In this document: positions 43,452 to 53,429 of the stretch, in pieces
Position numbering within the stretch: the stretch's first letter is position 1
How the letters are laid out: every line of letters starts with the position of its first letter
Assembly (NCBI GenBank): GCA_003130875.1
Contig: QEXY01000123.1
Location: forward strand, 16,673 to 80,672
Origin: Ardenticatenia bacterium
GTDB taxonomy: Bacteria; Chloroflexota; Anaerolineae; 4572-78; NAK82
Length of the DNA: 64,000 nucleotides
Direction: 5' to 3'
Notes under the pieces: generated by a model
Seen by the model: the letters and a program-made list of their open reading frames with translations, nothing else
Databases searched by the model: none
What the model was told of the DNA's origin: nothing
Position numbers and translations under genes: made by a program

Positions 43452-45742
43452 TATGGCATCTCTCCCCTCACAAGGCCCAGGTGGGAAACGAAGCGATACG
43501 TTCCAACAAGCGCCATCAAGAGCAGCAGGCCAACAGCGGTGACGGTCGAAATCCCCACACCGATGCGAACGGTGAGCGGTTGGTATGCCAGGACGACGTG
43601 ATGTTCCCCAGCCTCCAGCGACACGCCGCGCAACATGCCAGCGACAGGCAGCACCGCGGCCGGCACGTCGTCCACCCACGCCAGCCAACCAGGGTACCAG
43701 TTCTCGCTCAAGAGCAGCACGCTTGGCCCATCCACCATCACGTCCAGGGCGATTCGATCCGCTTGATACTCCCGGATGAGCACTTCATGGGGCATGGCGC
43801 GGCGTTGCTGCGAAGCCGCTGCATGGAATGTCTCCAGCTGCGACAGCCAGTCGGCGTGCACGTCAGCGGTCAAAAACGGCCTGACGACCTCTGCCGGCAA
43901 CGTCCAGGCACGTGGCAATGCACGACGGTTGCGATAGATATACGCGTTTCCTGGTTGCGCCAGCAACTCAAGATCGTTCATATGGAATGGAAAAGCAGAA
44001 ACCAGGTAGGTCACGTTCAGCAGTCCCATTAGAGAGAGATTGGGATGCACATCCCGAAAAGCGCTTTCCAACGGGCGACCCGGCGGAAAGGGGGGGATGG
44101 TGACGCTGAAGCGGACGGCGGGCACGTCCGGGAAGTGGGCGTAGTTGCCGGCCAGCTCCATAAATCGGTCGTAACGCTCCAGATGTACTGGCTCGACCCC
44201 ATCTGCAGTCTGGATGCCCCGCTGTGCAGCAACGTGGGGTGGGATGCTATAGCTGGGAGAGTAGCTGCGCCACAGGCCGGGTTGGTGGCTGAGATACTCC
44301 GCCGCTGCTGCACCGGGCGCAAACGCTTCCTGCGAAGGGATGAAGCGAATCAGCGTGTAGCTGAATGAGGTGAGATCGACCCATGTGAGGCACGCGAGAA
44401 TCCACCAGGCGAGCGGTGTACGGAAGCGCCCTCGGGCGCTCAGCCCGATTGTGAGCAACGTGACAAGGGGCAGGCATGTCAAGCCCAGTGTGGCGCGGTC
44501 GACGCGTCCGAGAACGGCGAGCCCGCCCCCAGAAAGGGTGGTGATCGCAGCGACCGCCGCGATAATACTACCGTGCCACGGGACACGCCCATGGACGAAG
44601 CGCTGGGCACCCAGAGCGGCCAGGATTGCCAGCGCCAGTGCGGCAACGATGAGAGCACGCGCTGGTGTGCGCACATACCCCATCCCCGGCACGAAGCGAT
44701 AGGCCAGCTCAAAGAAGGGTGTAGCACTGCCAAGGGCATAGAGCAGGGCCATCAGGAGAACCAAAGTTAAGAACCAAGTGCGCCGGTCATTGCGACGCAG
44801 ACCCCAGCTGGCCAACACGAGGGGCACCAAGCCGAGATACGCCACCGCTTCATGTCCGGCATGGCCCTGAGGAAGGAAAAGGGCCACGCCCAGCTGAAGC
44901 GGTGTCAATGCATACTCGTTTGCCTCCTCCAGCGACAGAGCGCGGTTGCTGTACGTGCTGAGCTCGACCAGGGGCAGCAGCTGCGCAGCGCCCAATGCGA
45001 GCGTGCTGATTGGGATCACCGCCAGGGCGAGCAGCAGAGCCCATCGATCTCGCATCCGTAAGTGCCTGGAACCTATCACGTGCCATAATGCCCAAGCCGC
45101 GAGCAGGTAGCTTGTGTAAAGCACGATGAGCGAGTGGGTGCAGAGCTGAGCTGCCAGCGCCAGGGCAGCCCACAATGCCCAACGCAGGCGCTCCTTGACG
45201 GATTCAGCAGCGATGAGCAAGCTGGTCGCCCCAAATGCCCATGGCATCCACGCCGTGGCGGCGATCAGGCTGGCATGCCCTCCTGCCACGTGCGCGATGA
45301 GTTTACCGCTCAACGCAAACGTCCAGCCGCCGATCAGGGCCGGCAGGGCGTCGACCTGAAAGACACGTCGCAGCAACCACCAGGTGCCCGACCCAGCCCA
45401 ACACAAGTGGGTCAACAGGAAGAGATTAAATCCCACTGCAGAGGGCATCAGGAGCAGCAACCATGCGGGAGGATAGAAACGCATGGCAAGTTGATTGGCT
45501 GCCAGTGGCATGCCGCTCAAATTTGCGGGCGTCCACAAGGGCAATTCCCCTGTGGCGTGCCAGCTGGTGCTCATCAGATATACTTTTGGCCAATGGATGA
45601 CCGTGAGGTCGGAATGGGGGCTGTATGTGGGATAGAGCCACGCATCGGGTTGCGGCAACGCCGGCAGGAACAACGCGGAAATGCCGACCAGCAATGCACT
45701 GCCGGCGGCCCATCCCTTCTCATACCGTGCCATACAGTTCAC
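43451..45742 (-). CDS. YfhO-family membrane protein (GT-C-like)
   Basis: LPLWTP...GMPL.AN...FYP; C-terminal SENWYPGW.A.VD......MLRGV.L.AG.H.V...Y.P. Confidence 0.85.
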   Translation of the reverse strand: MNCMARYEKGWAAGSALLVGISALFLPALPQPDAWLYPTYSPHSDLTVIHWPKVYLMSTSWHATGELPLWTPANLSGMPLAANQLAMRFYPPAWLLLLMPSAVGFNLFLLTHLCWAGSGTWWLLRRVFQVDALPALIGGWTFALSGKLIAHVAGGHASLIAATAWMPWAFGATSLLIAAESVKERLRWALWAALALAAQLCTHSLIVLYTSYLLAAWALWHVIGSRHLRMRDRWALLLALAVIPISTLALGAAQLLPLVELSTYSNRALSLEEANEYALTPLQLGVALFLPQGHAGHEAVAYLGLVPLVLASWGLRRNDRRTWFLTLVLLMALLYALGSATPFFELAYRFVPGMGYVRTPARALIVAALALAILAALGAQRFVHGRVPWHGSIIAAVAAITTLSGGGLAVLGRVDRATLGLTCLPLVTLLTIGLSARGRFRTPLAWWILACLTWVDLTSFSYTLIRFIPSQEAFAPGAAAAEYLSHQPGLWRSYSPSYSIPPHVAAQRGIQTADGVEPVHLERYDRFMELAGNYAHFPDVPAVRFSVTIPPFPPGRPLESAFRDVHPNLSLMGLLNVTYLVSAFPFHMNDLELLAQPGNAYIYRNRRALPRAWTLPAEVVRPFLTADVHADWLSQLETFHAAASQQRRAMPHEVLIREYQADRIALDVMVDGPSVLLLSENWYPGWLAWVDDVPAAVLPVAGMLRGVSLEAGEHHVVLAYQPLTVRIGVGISTVTAVGLLLLMALVGTYRFVSHLGLVRGEMP

Positions 45743-45760
45743 CGTTACTGGAGCAGACGG

Positions 45761-46174
45761 TTATGATCTCCCACTGCGCACCACGAAGAACAGGCCGGCG
45801 ACGATCAGCAGGACGCCGGCGACGCGTTGCCAGCTGACCGCCTCATGAAACACGAAGCGCCCGATGAGCAATGAAAAGATGTAGGTCAGGCTCACCATCG
45901 GATACGCCATGCTGAAATCGAGTTTGGAGAGCACGTCCAGCCAGAGCACCGCGCTCACAGCGTAAAAGGCGAAGCCGAGGATCACCCACGGCGTGCGCAA
46001 CAAGTTGGCAAAGCTGCCGACAGGGTTGCCACCGAACAAGCTCACTCCACCGATCTCGTTCAGGCCCAGCTTGAGCAGAGTCTGCCCCCCTACCAACAGC
46101 AAGATGGCCGCCAGTGCGGTCAGAAGGACGAAAATCATAGTTGGTTTGGCCTCCGACTTGAAGAATTTCTGCAT
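45761..46174 (-). CDS. Small DMT/EamA membrane protein (ArnE/ArnF-like flippase candidate)
   Basis: Four TMs; GQ.LLK.G, LW..VLSK...S.AYP..SL.Y, FHE. Confidence 0.8.
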   Translation of the reverse strand: MQKFFKSEAKPTMIFVLLTALAAILLLVGGQTLLKLGLNEIGGVSLFGGNPVGSFANLLRTPWVILGFAFYAVSAVLWLDVLSKLDFSMAYPMVSLTYIFSLLIGRFVFHEAVSWQRVAGVLLIVAGLFFVVRSGRS

Positions 46175-46200
46175 CCCTTCATTTGCCTCTTGAACGGATT

Positions 46201-47859
46201 TTATGGCACACGATAGACGGTCACAGCGCCCTGCTGGAAGATGGGCACCAATCCATCCGGCAGGTGCTGGGCGCCCAGCTGGCGCTCCTGAGGGCCGACG
46301 AACACAAAACGGATGGCGTAACGCTCACGGAGCATGTGCCACGTTTCCTCGGACATCTCTCCTCTGAAGAACGCCTCGGCGTATGCCGCCTTTGTGGTGG
46401 CGTCGATCGTCTCAAAAGGGTGGCCGTAAAAACTGCGCACGCCTGCTTGGCCAGGCAGCACATTGCCAGTACGCGGAGCAGCCAGTACCACGGCATCCTC
46501 GCCGTGGGCCAACAGCCAGTGCATCGCGGCAGCTTCATCTGTTGAGATGTACAGAGCGGCAGCTTGCTCCTGGCCCTGTGCGGCACCGAGTGCTCCTGCC
46601 GTGAGCACAAATATCTGGAACGCGATTCCCAACCAGCCGAATGCTACTGCCAAGGGGGTGATGGAGCGTGGCAGATGGCTCAAACCGATGCCGGCCAGCA
46701 TAGCAAGCGCCACCCCCAACCCGGTGAGCAGACGACGCTGCAACGCGATGGGCGCATAAATCAGGGCCAGTGTGATGCCGCTCCAAACCACCAGCATCAG
46801 GCCAGGATAGTCGCGTCTGCGTAGAGCAATCCACATCCCCACCACGGCCAGCGGCACAAGAAAACCAAACCCCAGGACAAGGTCGGCAGGGGCAGGGGTG
46901 GGGGTCACGTTCTGCTGCGACCATGCCACCAGCGCCGGATTGGTGGTATAGACGAAGGCATCATATGCCAGCCAGGGAAGCGATGCAACCATTGCGCTCA
47001 GCACTGCCACCCATGCCCCGCGCAAAGGGGTGTGGGAGTTCACCCCTGTATTCGGCGGACGCCTCAACCCTATCTGCAGCAATAGATGAACGACCAGCAC
47101 AACGTAAAGGACAGGTAACGCAAAAGGGGCGAGGATTGCCAGGACCATCCCTGCCAGTCCGGGCAGCAACCAGCTGCGCATCCCACTCATCGGCCAGAGC
47201 ACGCTTTGCAGCAGGAGGAGCATCAGCGCGATCGCCAGTGGAAAGTGCGGGTTAGCCAGCATGCTGAAGAAGGCAAACGCCTCCGGCACCCATAGATCGA
47301 TAGGGAAGAGACCCATCATAACACCCAGCCAGCCCAATCCGGCGCTGCTGGCCGCCATCAGAAAGAGTCGCTGCTGCTCGGCTCGTCCCGGGGTTAACCG
47401 TCCGACAAAAGCATATATCGCTCCGAGCAATGCCAGGCCAGCCACCACACGCGTTGCGTGGTACACCGCGATGAGCGACAACCCCGTCCAGCGCGCGATG
47501 TGCCCCAGGGCAAGGTAGAATAGAAAAATCGCGGCGCCGGCATGGGGCTCCGGTGTATAGCTCAGATGAAATAACCACGCTCCCTCCCATCCCTGACGCA
47601 TCTTGGCCAAGTAGGAGTGCCCATCTAGCGGATTGACCAAGAGGCCGGTGAACTGATACCCGACCGGTGTGGCGACCCACGCGATCAGATAGGGCAGACA
47701 GCTGAGCGCTATGATGACCAGCGAACATGCCCATACCCAATATCGCTCATGCCCTTTATATCCTATGCGTATATCCGCATGCGCTGTCACAGGTGTCTGC
47801 TCGCTGGCAACAGATCTATCAGCTCGAGAGACAACGTCCTCCCTCAGGGGGCACGACAA
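46201..47859 (-). CDS. Polytopic membrane protein, paralog of 41793-43451 (probable GT-C)
   Basis: DGHSYLAKMRQG..GAWLF..SYTPEPHAG, DLWVPEA, NPHF, LQRR, GN.LP, SF.GH shared with the paralog; start uncertain. Confidence 0.7.
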   Translation of the reverse strand: MSCPLREDVVSRADRSVASEQTPVTAHADIRIGYKGHERYWVWACSLVIIALSCLPYLIAWVATPVGYQFTGLLVNPLDGHSYLAKMRQGWEGAWLFHLSYTPEPHAGAAIFLFYLALGHIARWTGLSLIAVYHATRVVAGLALLGAIYAFVGRLTPGRAEQQRLFLMAASSAGLGWLGVMMGLFPIDLWVPEAFAFFSMLANPHFPLAIALMLLLLQSVLWPMSGMRSWLLPGLAGMVLAILAPFALPVLYVVLVVHLLLQIGLRRPPNTGVNSHTPLRGAWVAVLSAMVASLPWLAYDAFVYTTNPALVAWSQQNVTPTPAPADLVLGFGFLVPLAVVGMWIALRRRDYPGLMLVVWSGITLALIYAPIALQRRLLTGLGVALAMLAGIGLSHLPRSITPLAVAFGWLGIAFQIFVLTAGALGAAQGQEQAAALYISTDEAAAMHWLLAHGEDAVVLAAPRTGNVLPGQAGVRSFYGHPFETIDATTKAAYAEAFFRGEMSEETWHMLRERYAIRFVFVGPQERQLGAQHLPDGLVPIFQQGAVTVYRVP

Positions 47860-48059
47860 TGTTGCACGATATTCTACACACGGGGTAAAGGTTGGGGAAA
47901 TTGGGCCGTTTTATCGCGATACCCGCATGTGCGGGGTGAGGGACGAGTGCAAAACCCCTGAACGCGCAAGGAGGGATGATTGTGGCACTTCCTCAGGTGT
48001 GGTATGATGCAAGTGGAATTCGTGATGAGGTATGTATAGTGTACGAGGAGGATAGTACG

Positions 48060-49238
48060 ATGTTTACGGATAGGTTATATCGTTGTATGGTAGTGTGGGT
48101 TGTGGGTCTGGCAGGGATATTCATCTTTGCGCTTTCCATGCCGCTAGCTGTCTATGCCCAGGGCTTTGTGATCGAGACGGTGAAGGAGAAGGTCTATCTG
48201 CCGTGGAGCCTCAACTTCGCGCCGGATGGGCGCTTGTTCTTCACCAGCCGTGACACCGGTGAGATCCACGCGCTGAACGTGGGCACAGGCGAGCTGGTGA
48301 CCTTTACACCTCCGTTGCCAATACGAGTGGGTGGTGAAGGTGGCTTGCTTGGCATGGAGCTGGATCCCGACTTCGCCCAGAACGGAGTGTTGTATGTATG
48401 CTATTCGACCACGATGACAGCTCCATTCAACACCTATCTGCCCGCCATCAGCGTCCGTGACCCTATGGCGGCCGACCACCAGATGACATCGGCGGGCGAG
48501 ATCGGGGTCAACCGCCTTTCGCGCCTGGTGCTGTCGGGCACACAGTTGAAGGACGAGCAGGTTCTGCTCACGATGCCATATGCGCTGCGACATAATGGTT
48601 GTCGGATAGTTGTTTCTCCGGACGAACATGGCTACCTGTTCGTCTCGATGGGCGATGCAGCGGAAGCGAATAGCGCTCAGGATTTGAATTCGCTCAGCGG
48701 CAAGATCTTGCGCATCAACCGCGATGGCAGCATCCCCGCTGACAATCCCTTCCCTGGCAGCCCGGTGTGGACGTTGGGCCACCGCAATCCCCAGGGACTG
48801 GCTCTCCAACCGGCCACCGGCTGGTTGTGGTCCACCGAGCATGGACCGAACACGCGTGACGAGCTGAATATTATCAAGAAGGGTAAGAACTACGGCTGGC
48901 CGATCTGTTTGGGCGAGCAGACGACGTGCTCTGTAGAGAACTACGAGCCGGCGGTCAAAGAATTCTACTCCGATCAGACCATCGCCATTTCGGACCTGGT
49001 GTTTTACACCGGTTCGGCGTTTCACGATTGGCAGGGCGACATCTTCTTCGTCACCTTAAAGACGGGGCGCTTATATCGACTCAGGGTGAACGGGGAGCAA
49101 GTGTTGTCGGAGGAGATTTTAGTGGACAACACATATGACCGACTGCGAGATGTCACAGTGGGTCCGGATGGGTTCATTTACTTCTCAACTGATGCGCGGG
49201 ATCAAGCCAAGATCTTGCGCCTGAGACCGAGCTCTTAA
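48060..49238 (+). CDS. PQQ-dependent aldose sugar dehydrogenase (GSDH/YliI family)
   Basis: Signal peptide; PWSLNFAPDG, GEGGLLG, HNG, GKILR, GHRNPQGL, EHGP, DELN, NYGWP, RLRDV. Confidence 0.92.
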   Translation: MFTDRLYRCMVVWVVGLAGIFIFALSMPLAVYAQGFVIETVKEKVYLPWSLNFAPDGRLFFTSRDTGEIHALNVGTGELVTFTPPLPIRVGGEGGLLGMELDPDFAQNGVLYVCYSTTMTAPFNTYLPAISVRDPMAADHQMTSAGEIGVNRLSRLVLSGTQLKDEQVLLTMPYALRHNGCRIVVSPDEHGYLFVSMGDAAEANSAQDLNSLSGKILRINRDGSIPADNPFPGSPVWTLGHRNPQGLALQPATGWLWSTEHGPNTRDELNIIKKGKNYGWPICLGEQTTCSVENYEPAVKEFYSDQTIAISDLVFYTGSAFHDWQGDIFFVTLKTGRLYRLRVNGEQVLSEEILVDNTYDRLRDVTVGPDGFIYFSTDARDQAKILRLRPSS

Positions 49239-49298
49239 TCTAACCCGGCGCATCGCGGTGATCGGGGTGCGCCCGATGAAAGTCTAAAGGAGAACCTC

Positions 49299-50369
49299 AT
49301 GACCCAAAAGACCATCGGTTATGTTCGCCTGGAATGGACTTGTCCTGTCTGCGGCAGCCGCAACCCCGGTCCGCAGAAGACATGTTCCGGTTGTGGCGCC
49401 GCTCAACCGGCCCATGTGGAATTCCAGCAAGCGGCTCAAGAGGAGTTGCTGCAAAGCGAGGAGGAAGTTCGCCGCGCGAAAGTGGGCCCGGATGTGCACT
49501 GCGCCTATTGCGGCGCGCGCAACCCGGCCGATGCCCAGATATGCACGCAGTGTGGCGCCGACCTGAGCGAGGCGGCAGCACGCACAAGTGGGCGTGTGAT
49601 AGGCGCCTTTCGTTCCGAGGCGCAGCCGGATATAGCGTGCCCATCCTGTGGAGCAGCCAACCCGGCCACGGCGCTCAAGTGTGCACGTTGTGGCAGCAGT
49701 TTGGCAACGCCGATGCCATCCCCGATAGCCACAGCCAGTGCGCCGGGGCGCGGTGCCGGCGCATTGTTCCTTGTAGGTGGCATCGCGGTGGTGGGCATGA
49801 TCGCCGCGATGATTTTCCTTTTGGCCAAGACCAGCGATGTGTTGGGCACAGTGCAGGGTGTCAGATGGATGCGCAGCATCGCTGTGGAAGCGTTGTTACC
49901 CGTCACGTACCAGACATGGCGCGATGAAGTGCCACGCAACGCTGAGCTGGGTCGCTGCGTGGAGAGAGTCCATCACACCCAGGATGTGCCCGCTGCCAAC
50001 AGCCAGGAAGTGTGTGGCACACCCTACGTCCGAGATACCGGCAGCGGCTACGGAGAAGTGGTGCAGGACTGTGTCTATGAGGTATACGCCGAATGGTGTG
50101 AGTACACGGTGATGGAATGGCAGCCGGTGCGAACGGAGACGCTTCGGGGGGATGACCTGGCCCCGCGCTGGCCGGAGGCTCGGACTGGCGACAGGGAACG
50201 GCTGGGGGAGCGTATGGAACAATACGAAATCATCTTCGCCACCGATGGCTCTACCTATACTTATCATACGCGCGACCCCGACCTGTTCAGCCGCTGCACA
50301 ATAGGCAGCCGCTGGATTCTGCAGGTGAACCAGCTGGGCAGCGTGACTGCCATCGAGCCAGCTCCGTGA
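49299..50369 (+). CDS. Single-pass membrane protein with three N-terminal zinc ribbons
   Basis: WTCPVCG..N....CSGCG; CAYCG..N....CTQCG; CPSCG..N....CARCG; TM; Cys-containing C-terminal domain. Confidence 0.85.
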   Translation: MTQKTIGYVRLEWTCPVCGSRNPGPQKTCSGCGAAQPAHVEFQQAAQEELLQSEEEVRRAKVGPDVHCAYCGARNPADAQICTQCGADLSEAAARTSGRVIGAFRSEAQPDIACPSCGAANPATALKCARCGSSLATPMPSPIATASAPGRGAGALFLVGGIAVVGMIAAMIFLLAKTSDVLGTVQGVRWMRSIAVEALLPVTYQTWRDEVPRNAELGRCVERVHHTQDVPAANSQEVCGTPYVRDTGSGYGEVVQDCVYEVYAEWCEYTVMEWQPVRTETLRGDDLAPRWPEARTGDRERLGERMEQYEIIFATDGSTYTYHTRDPDLFSRCTIGSRWILQVNQLGSVTAIEPAP

Positions 50370-50397
50370 AGTGCGTTGCCTTGGGCACGCCTTGAGA

Positions 50398-50883
50398 ATG
50401 GGTGAGGATGTCAATCACACGATGAGCTGTGAGCAAGGTCTTTTTAGGTCGCTGCGCAAGAAAGGTCTGCGGTTGACTTCGCAACGCAAGCGAATCCTCT
50501 CCGCATTGCACGAGCTGGACCGGCTGGCTACAGCGGAGGAGATCTTCCAGAGTGTGCGGAGGGATTCTCCTTCCATGGATATTTCAACCGTATATCGCAC
50601 CCTGGAGCTGTTGAGAGAATTTCAGGTGGTTACCTGCGTCCAGGGGAATGATGGCCAACACCGCTACGAACTGGCACACCACAGCACCCCGCATGTGCAT
50701 ATGGTGTGCCGAGCGTGTGGCAGGGTGTTCGAAGTGGCGATTGAGAGCTTGCAACCCTTCATTGCCTGTGCGCGTGAGCAGCACGGCTTTGAGGTGGATG
50801 TGCATGCGCTTTCTATCGAGGGCATTTGCCACGCGTGTTGCGCGCAGATGCGCTCGGGTACTATAATTTCACATCGCAAATAA
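50398..50883 (+). CDS. Fur family transcriptional regulator
   Basis: GLRLTSQR, TAEEI, STVYRTLELL, HVHMVCRACG, GICHAC; start uncertain. Confidence 0.9.
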   Translation: MGEDVNHTMSCEQGLFRSLRKKGLRLTSQRKRILSALHELDRLATAEEIFQSVRRDSPSMDISTVYRTLELLREFQVVTCVQGNDGQHRYELAHHSTPHVHMVCRACGRVFEVAIESLQPFIACAREQHGFEVDVHALSIEGICHACCAQMRSGTIISHRK

Positions 50884-50926
50884 AGCATGTCTCATATCGC
50901 TTCACATTGAAAGGAGGCTTTTCGGG

Positions 50927-52093
50927 ATGCGCACATCAATGATCCCCGACAGCGACTATGAACGTCGCATCGCACGGTTGCAGGAGGAGATGGCGAAGGC
51001 TGACCTGGATGTACTGGTAACCTATTCCTCCGAATCGGAGCCGGCCAGCAGCCGCTATCTGGCTGATTTCTGGCCCTTTTTTGATTTTGCTGGCGTGGTA
51101 GTGCCACGCGAGGGTCCAGCAGCGCTGATCACCGGCGGACCCGAGTCGTTTGAGTTTGCGCGCCAGTTTTCGCGCATTAAGAATATCCACATCCATCCCC
51201 TGTTTGTCGAGACCTCGGCGCCCGACTGGGTGCCACCAGTACAATATGAGGATTTCAGCAGTATTCTCAAGGCGGTGTGCCCGCGACCGCCGCGGCGCAT
51301 TGGCGTGGCGGACTGGAACATCTTCCCGCACTCCATCTTCCTCGACTTGCAGAAAGCGGCAGGCGACGCGGAAATCGTCCCCGCCGACGACGTGCTGTTG
51401 CGCGTCAAAGCGATCAAGTCCCCCTATGAGATTGCCGTGATCCGCAAAGCGTACTGGATCACCGAGCAGGCGATGATCGATGTGCTCAACGTAGTGCGTG
51501 AGGGGCAGGCGGAGTGGGAGATTGAAGCGATTGCCCACACGACGATGCGTCGCCTGGGTGCGGAGGGCACCTCGTATCCCATCTGGGTATGTTCGGGTCC
51601 TAACACGCGCCAGAGCTTGTGTCGTTCTACCAATCGGCGCATCCGGCGCAATGAGCTGGTGCAGCTCACCTTTGGTGCGCGCTATATGGGCTACTGCGGC
51701 AACATGTGTCGGCCGTTTGCCATCGGCAAGGTGCCCGAAAAGGCGCGCCAGCTGATGCGCGTGGCGTTGGAGGCGTTCGAGGGCGCCTTGCGCGACATCC
51801 GTCCCGGCGCGACGGCGCAACAGGTGTTCGAGAACTACCATAAGACCCTTTCGCGCTATGGATTTGAGGAGTTCACCCTGTATGGCCCCGCCCATGGCAC
51901 CGGGTCCTCTGAGGTGGAGGGGCTGTGGCTGGGCAAGGGGAGCGACCTGGTCATCCAGCCGGGCATGCAATTCAACATCGACATCTGGCTGAACGACGGA
52001 GAGTATGGCCTGCGCTACGAGGATGGCATCGTGGTCACCGAGACGGGCCTGGAGGAACTGACTTCCTATCGTCGTGAGATCATTGAGCTGTAA
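50927..52093 (+). CDS. M24 (pita-bread) family hydrolase with degenerate metal ligands
   Basis: Creatinase-like N-terminal domain; IKSPYEI; LTFG...GYCGNMCR, HGTG, NID, RYED. Confidence 0.85.
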   Translation: MRTSMIPDSDYERRIARLQEEMAKADLDVLVTYSSESEPASSRYLADFWPFFDFAGVVVPREGPAALITGGPESFEFARQFSRIKNIHIHPLFVETSAPDWVPPVQYEDFSSILKAVCPRPPRRIGVADWNIFPHSIFLDLQKAAGDAEIVPADDVLLRVKAIKSPYEIAVIRKAYWITEQAMIDVLNVVREGQAEWEIEAIAHTTMRRLGAEGTSYPIWVCSGPNTRQSLCRSTNRRIRRNELVQLTFGARYMGYCGNMCRPFAIGKVPEKARQLMRVALEAFEGALRDIRPGATAQQVFENYHKTLSRYGFEEFTLYGPAHGTGSSEVEGLWLGKGSDLVIQPGMQFNIDIWLNDGEYGLRYEDGIVVTETGLEELTSYRREIIEL

Positions 52094-52130
52094 CATCTGG
52101 GGTGGATAGCGCCACCGCTTAAGGGAGATC

Positions 52131-53429
52131 ATGCCGATGGACAAGCGTAAACTCGCACAAGAGATTGTGCACCGTTACCGCTACGAGGTCATCCAGGTTG
52201 CCACAGATGTGCTGCGCATCCCCTCACAGAATAAGCCACCGCTGGGTGAGGAGAAAGCAGTCCAGGAGTTCATGGCGACCTATCTGGCGCGTGCCGGCCT
52301 GCCCGTGGAGCTCTACCAGCCCGATCAGGTGCCCGGCATGCGCGAGCACCCGGAGTTCTGGCCAGGACGTGACTATACCAACCGTCCCAACCTGTCCTCG
52401 AAGCTGAAAGGCAAAGGAGGAGGGCGTTCGCTGCTGCTGACCGGACACTGTGACACTGTCGCGTTGGGTGAAAACGTATGGACGCATCCCCCGTTTGCCG
52501 CTGAGATTCACCAGGGCAAGATGTACGCGCTGGGCGCCTCGGATATGAAGGGGCAGCTCGCCGCCATGTTGGTGCTCTACAAGGCAATCGCCGAGGAGGG
52601 CATCCCGTTGCGCGGCGACCTGGCGTTCGAGTCGGTGGTGGATGAGGAGGAAGGGGGTGTGAATGCTACCATCGCCGGCCGCCTGCGCGATGGGGTGATG
52701 GACGCGGCTATTCTGCCCGAAGCGACCGGGCTGGACATTTATCCGGCGGTGCGCGGGGCGCTCATCCTGAACGTTTATTTCAGCGGAGCGGGCACGTGGC
52801 TCGAGGTGGGCAAACAGGCGCAACAGGCGGACGCAGTGGCGCAGCTAGGCCTCTTCCTCTATTACCTCGACGAGTTGCGCCAGAAACGGCGCAGCCATCC
52901 GGTGCCGCCGCTCTATCAATCCTATTCTGACCCAGCGCCGTTACAGGTGACCAAAGTGTATGGAGGTGGCTGGGGCAGCGAGGTGCCTATCGCCGTGCCG
53001 AACGAGGTGCGGGTGGAGCTGATCGCGCAAACGCTGCTTGGCGAGGAGAAAGAGGCATGTCGGCAGGAATTCGACGCATGGTTGGAAAGCGTCGTCGCAC
53101 GCCATCCTGAGGCATTTCCCACGCCTCCGCGCGTCGAGCCGAAGTTGCGTTGGATGTACCCCAGCCAGACCGAGCCAACGCACCCTTTGGTGACCACATT
53201 GGCCGCATGCGCCTCTCAGGTGTTGGGCCGTCAGCCCACCATCAAGGGAGCACCTTATTCGTGCGATCTGTGGGCACTGCATCGCTTGTTCGGCATACCT
53301 GCCGTGGTCTTCGGGCCAACAGGGGGCAATTCCCACGCCGCTGATGAATACGTCGAGGTGGAGAGCCTCTTCGCCTTCCTGGAGAGCCTGTTGCTGTTCA
53401 TTCTCGAATGGTGTGAGGTGGCAGAATGA
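52131..53429 (+). CDS. M20 family (ArgE/DapE-like) deacylase
   Basis: LLLTGHCDTV, GASDMKG, VVDEE, PE, GP.GGNSHAADE. Confidence 0.9.
   Translation: MPMDKRKLAQEIVHRYRYEVIQVATDVLRIPSQNKPPLGEEKAVQEFMATYLARAGLPVELYQPDQVPGMREHPEFWPGRDYTNRPNLSSKLKGKGGGRSLLLTGHCDTVALGENVWTHPPFAAEIHQGKMYALGASDMKGQLAAMLVLYKAIAEEGIPLRGDLAFESVVDEEEGGVNATIAGRLRDGVMDAAILPEATGLDIYPAVRGALILNVYFSGAGTWLEVGKQAQQADAVAQLGLFLYYLDELRQKRRSHPVPPLYQSYSDPAPLQVTKVYGGGWGSEVPIAVPNEVRVELIAQTLLGEEKEACRQEFDAWLESVVARHPEAFPTPPRVEPKLRWMYPSQTEPTHPLVTTLAACASQVLGRQPTIKGAPYSCDLWALHRLFGIPAVVFGPTGGNSHAADEYVEVESLFAFLESLLLFILEWCEVAE

Noticed and set aside
50936-52144. 402-aa minus-strand ORF (and similar ones at 26397-27359 and 48144-49025)
   Set aside because: Antisense shadows of well-supported genes
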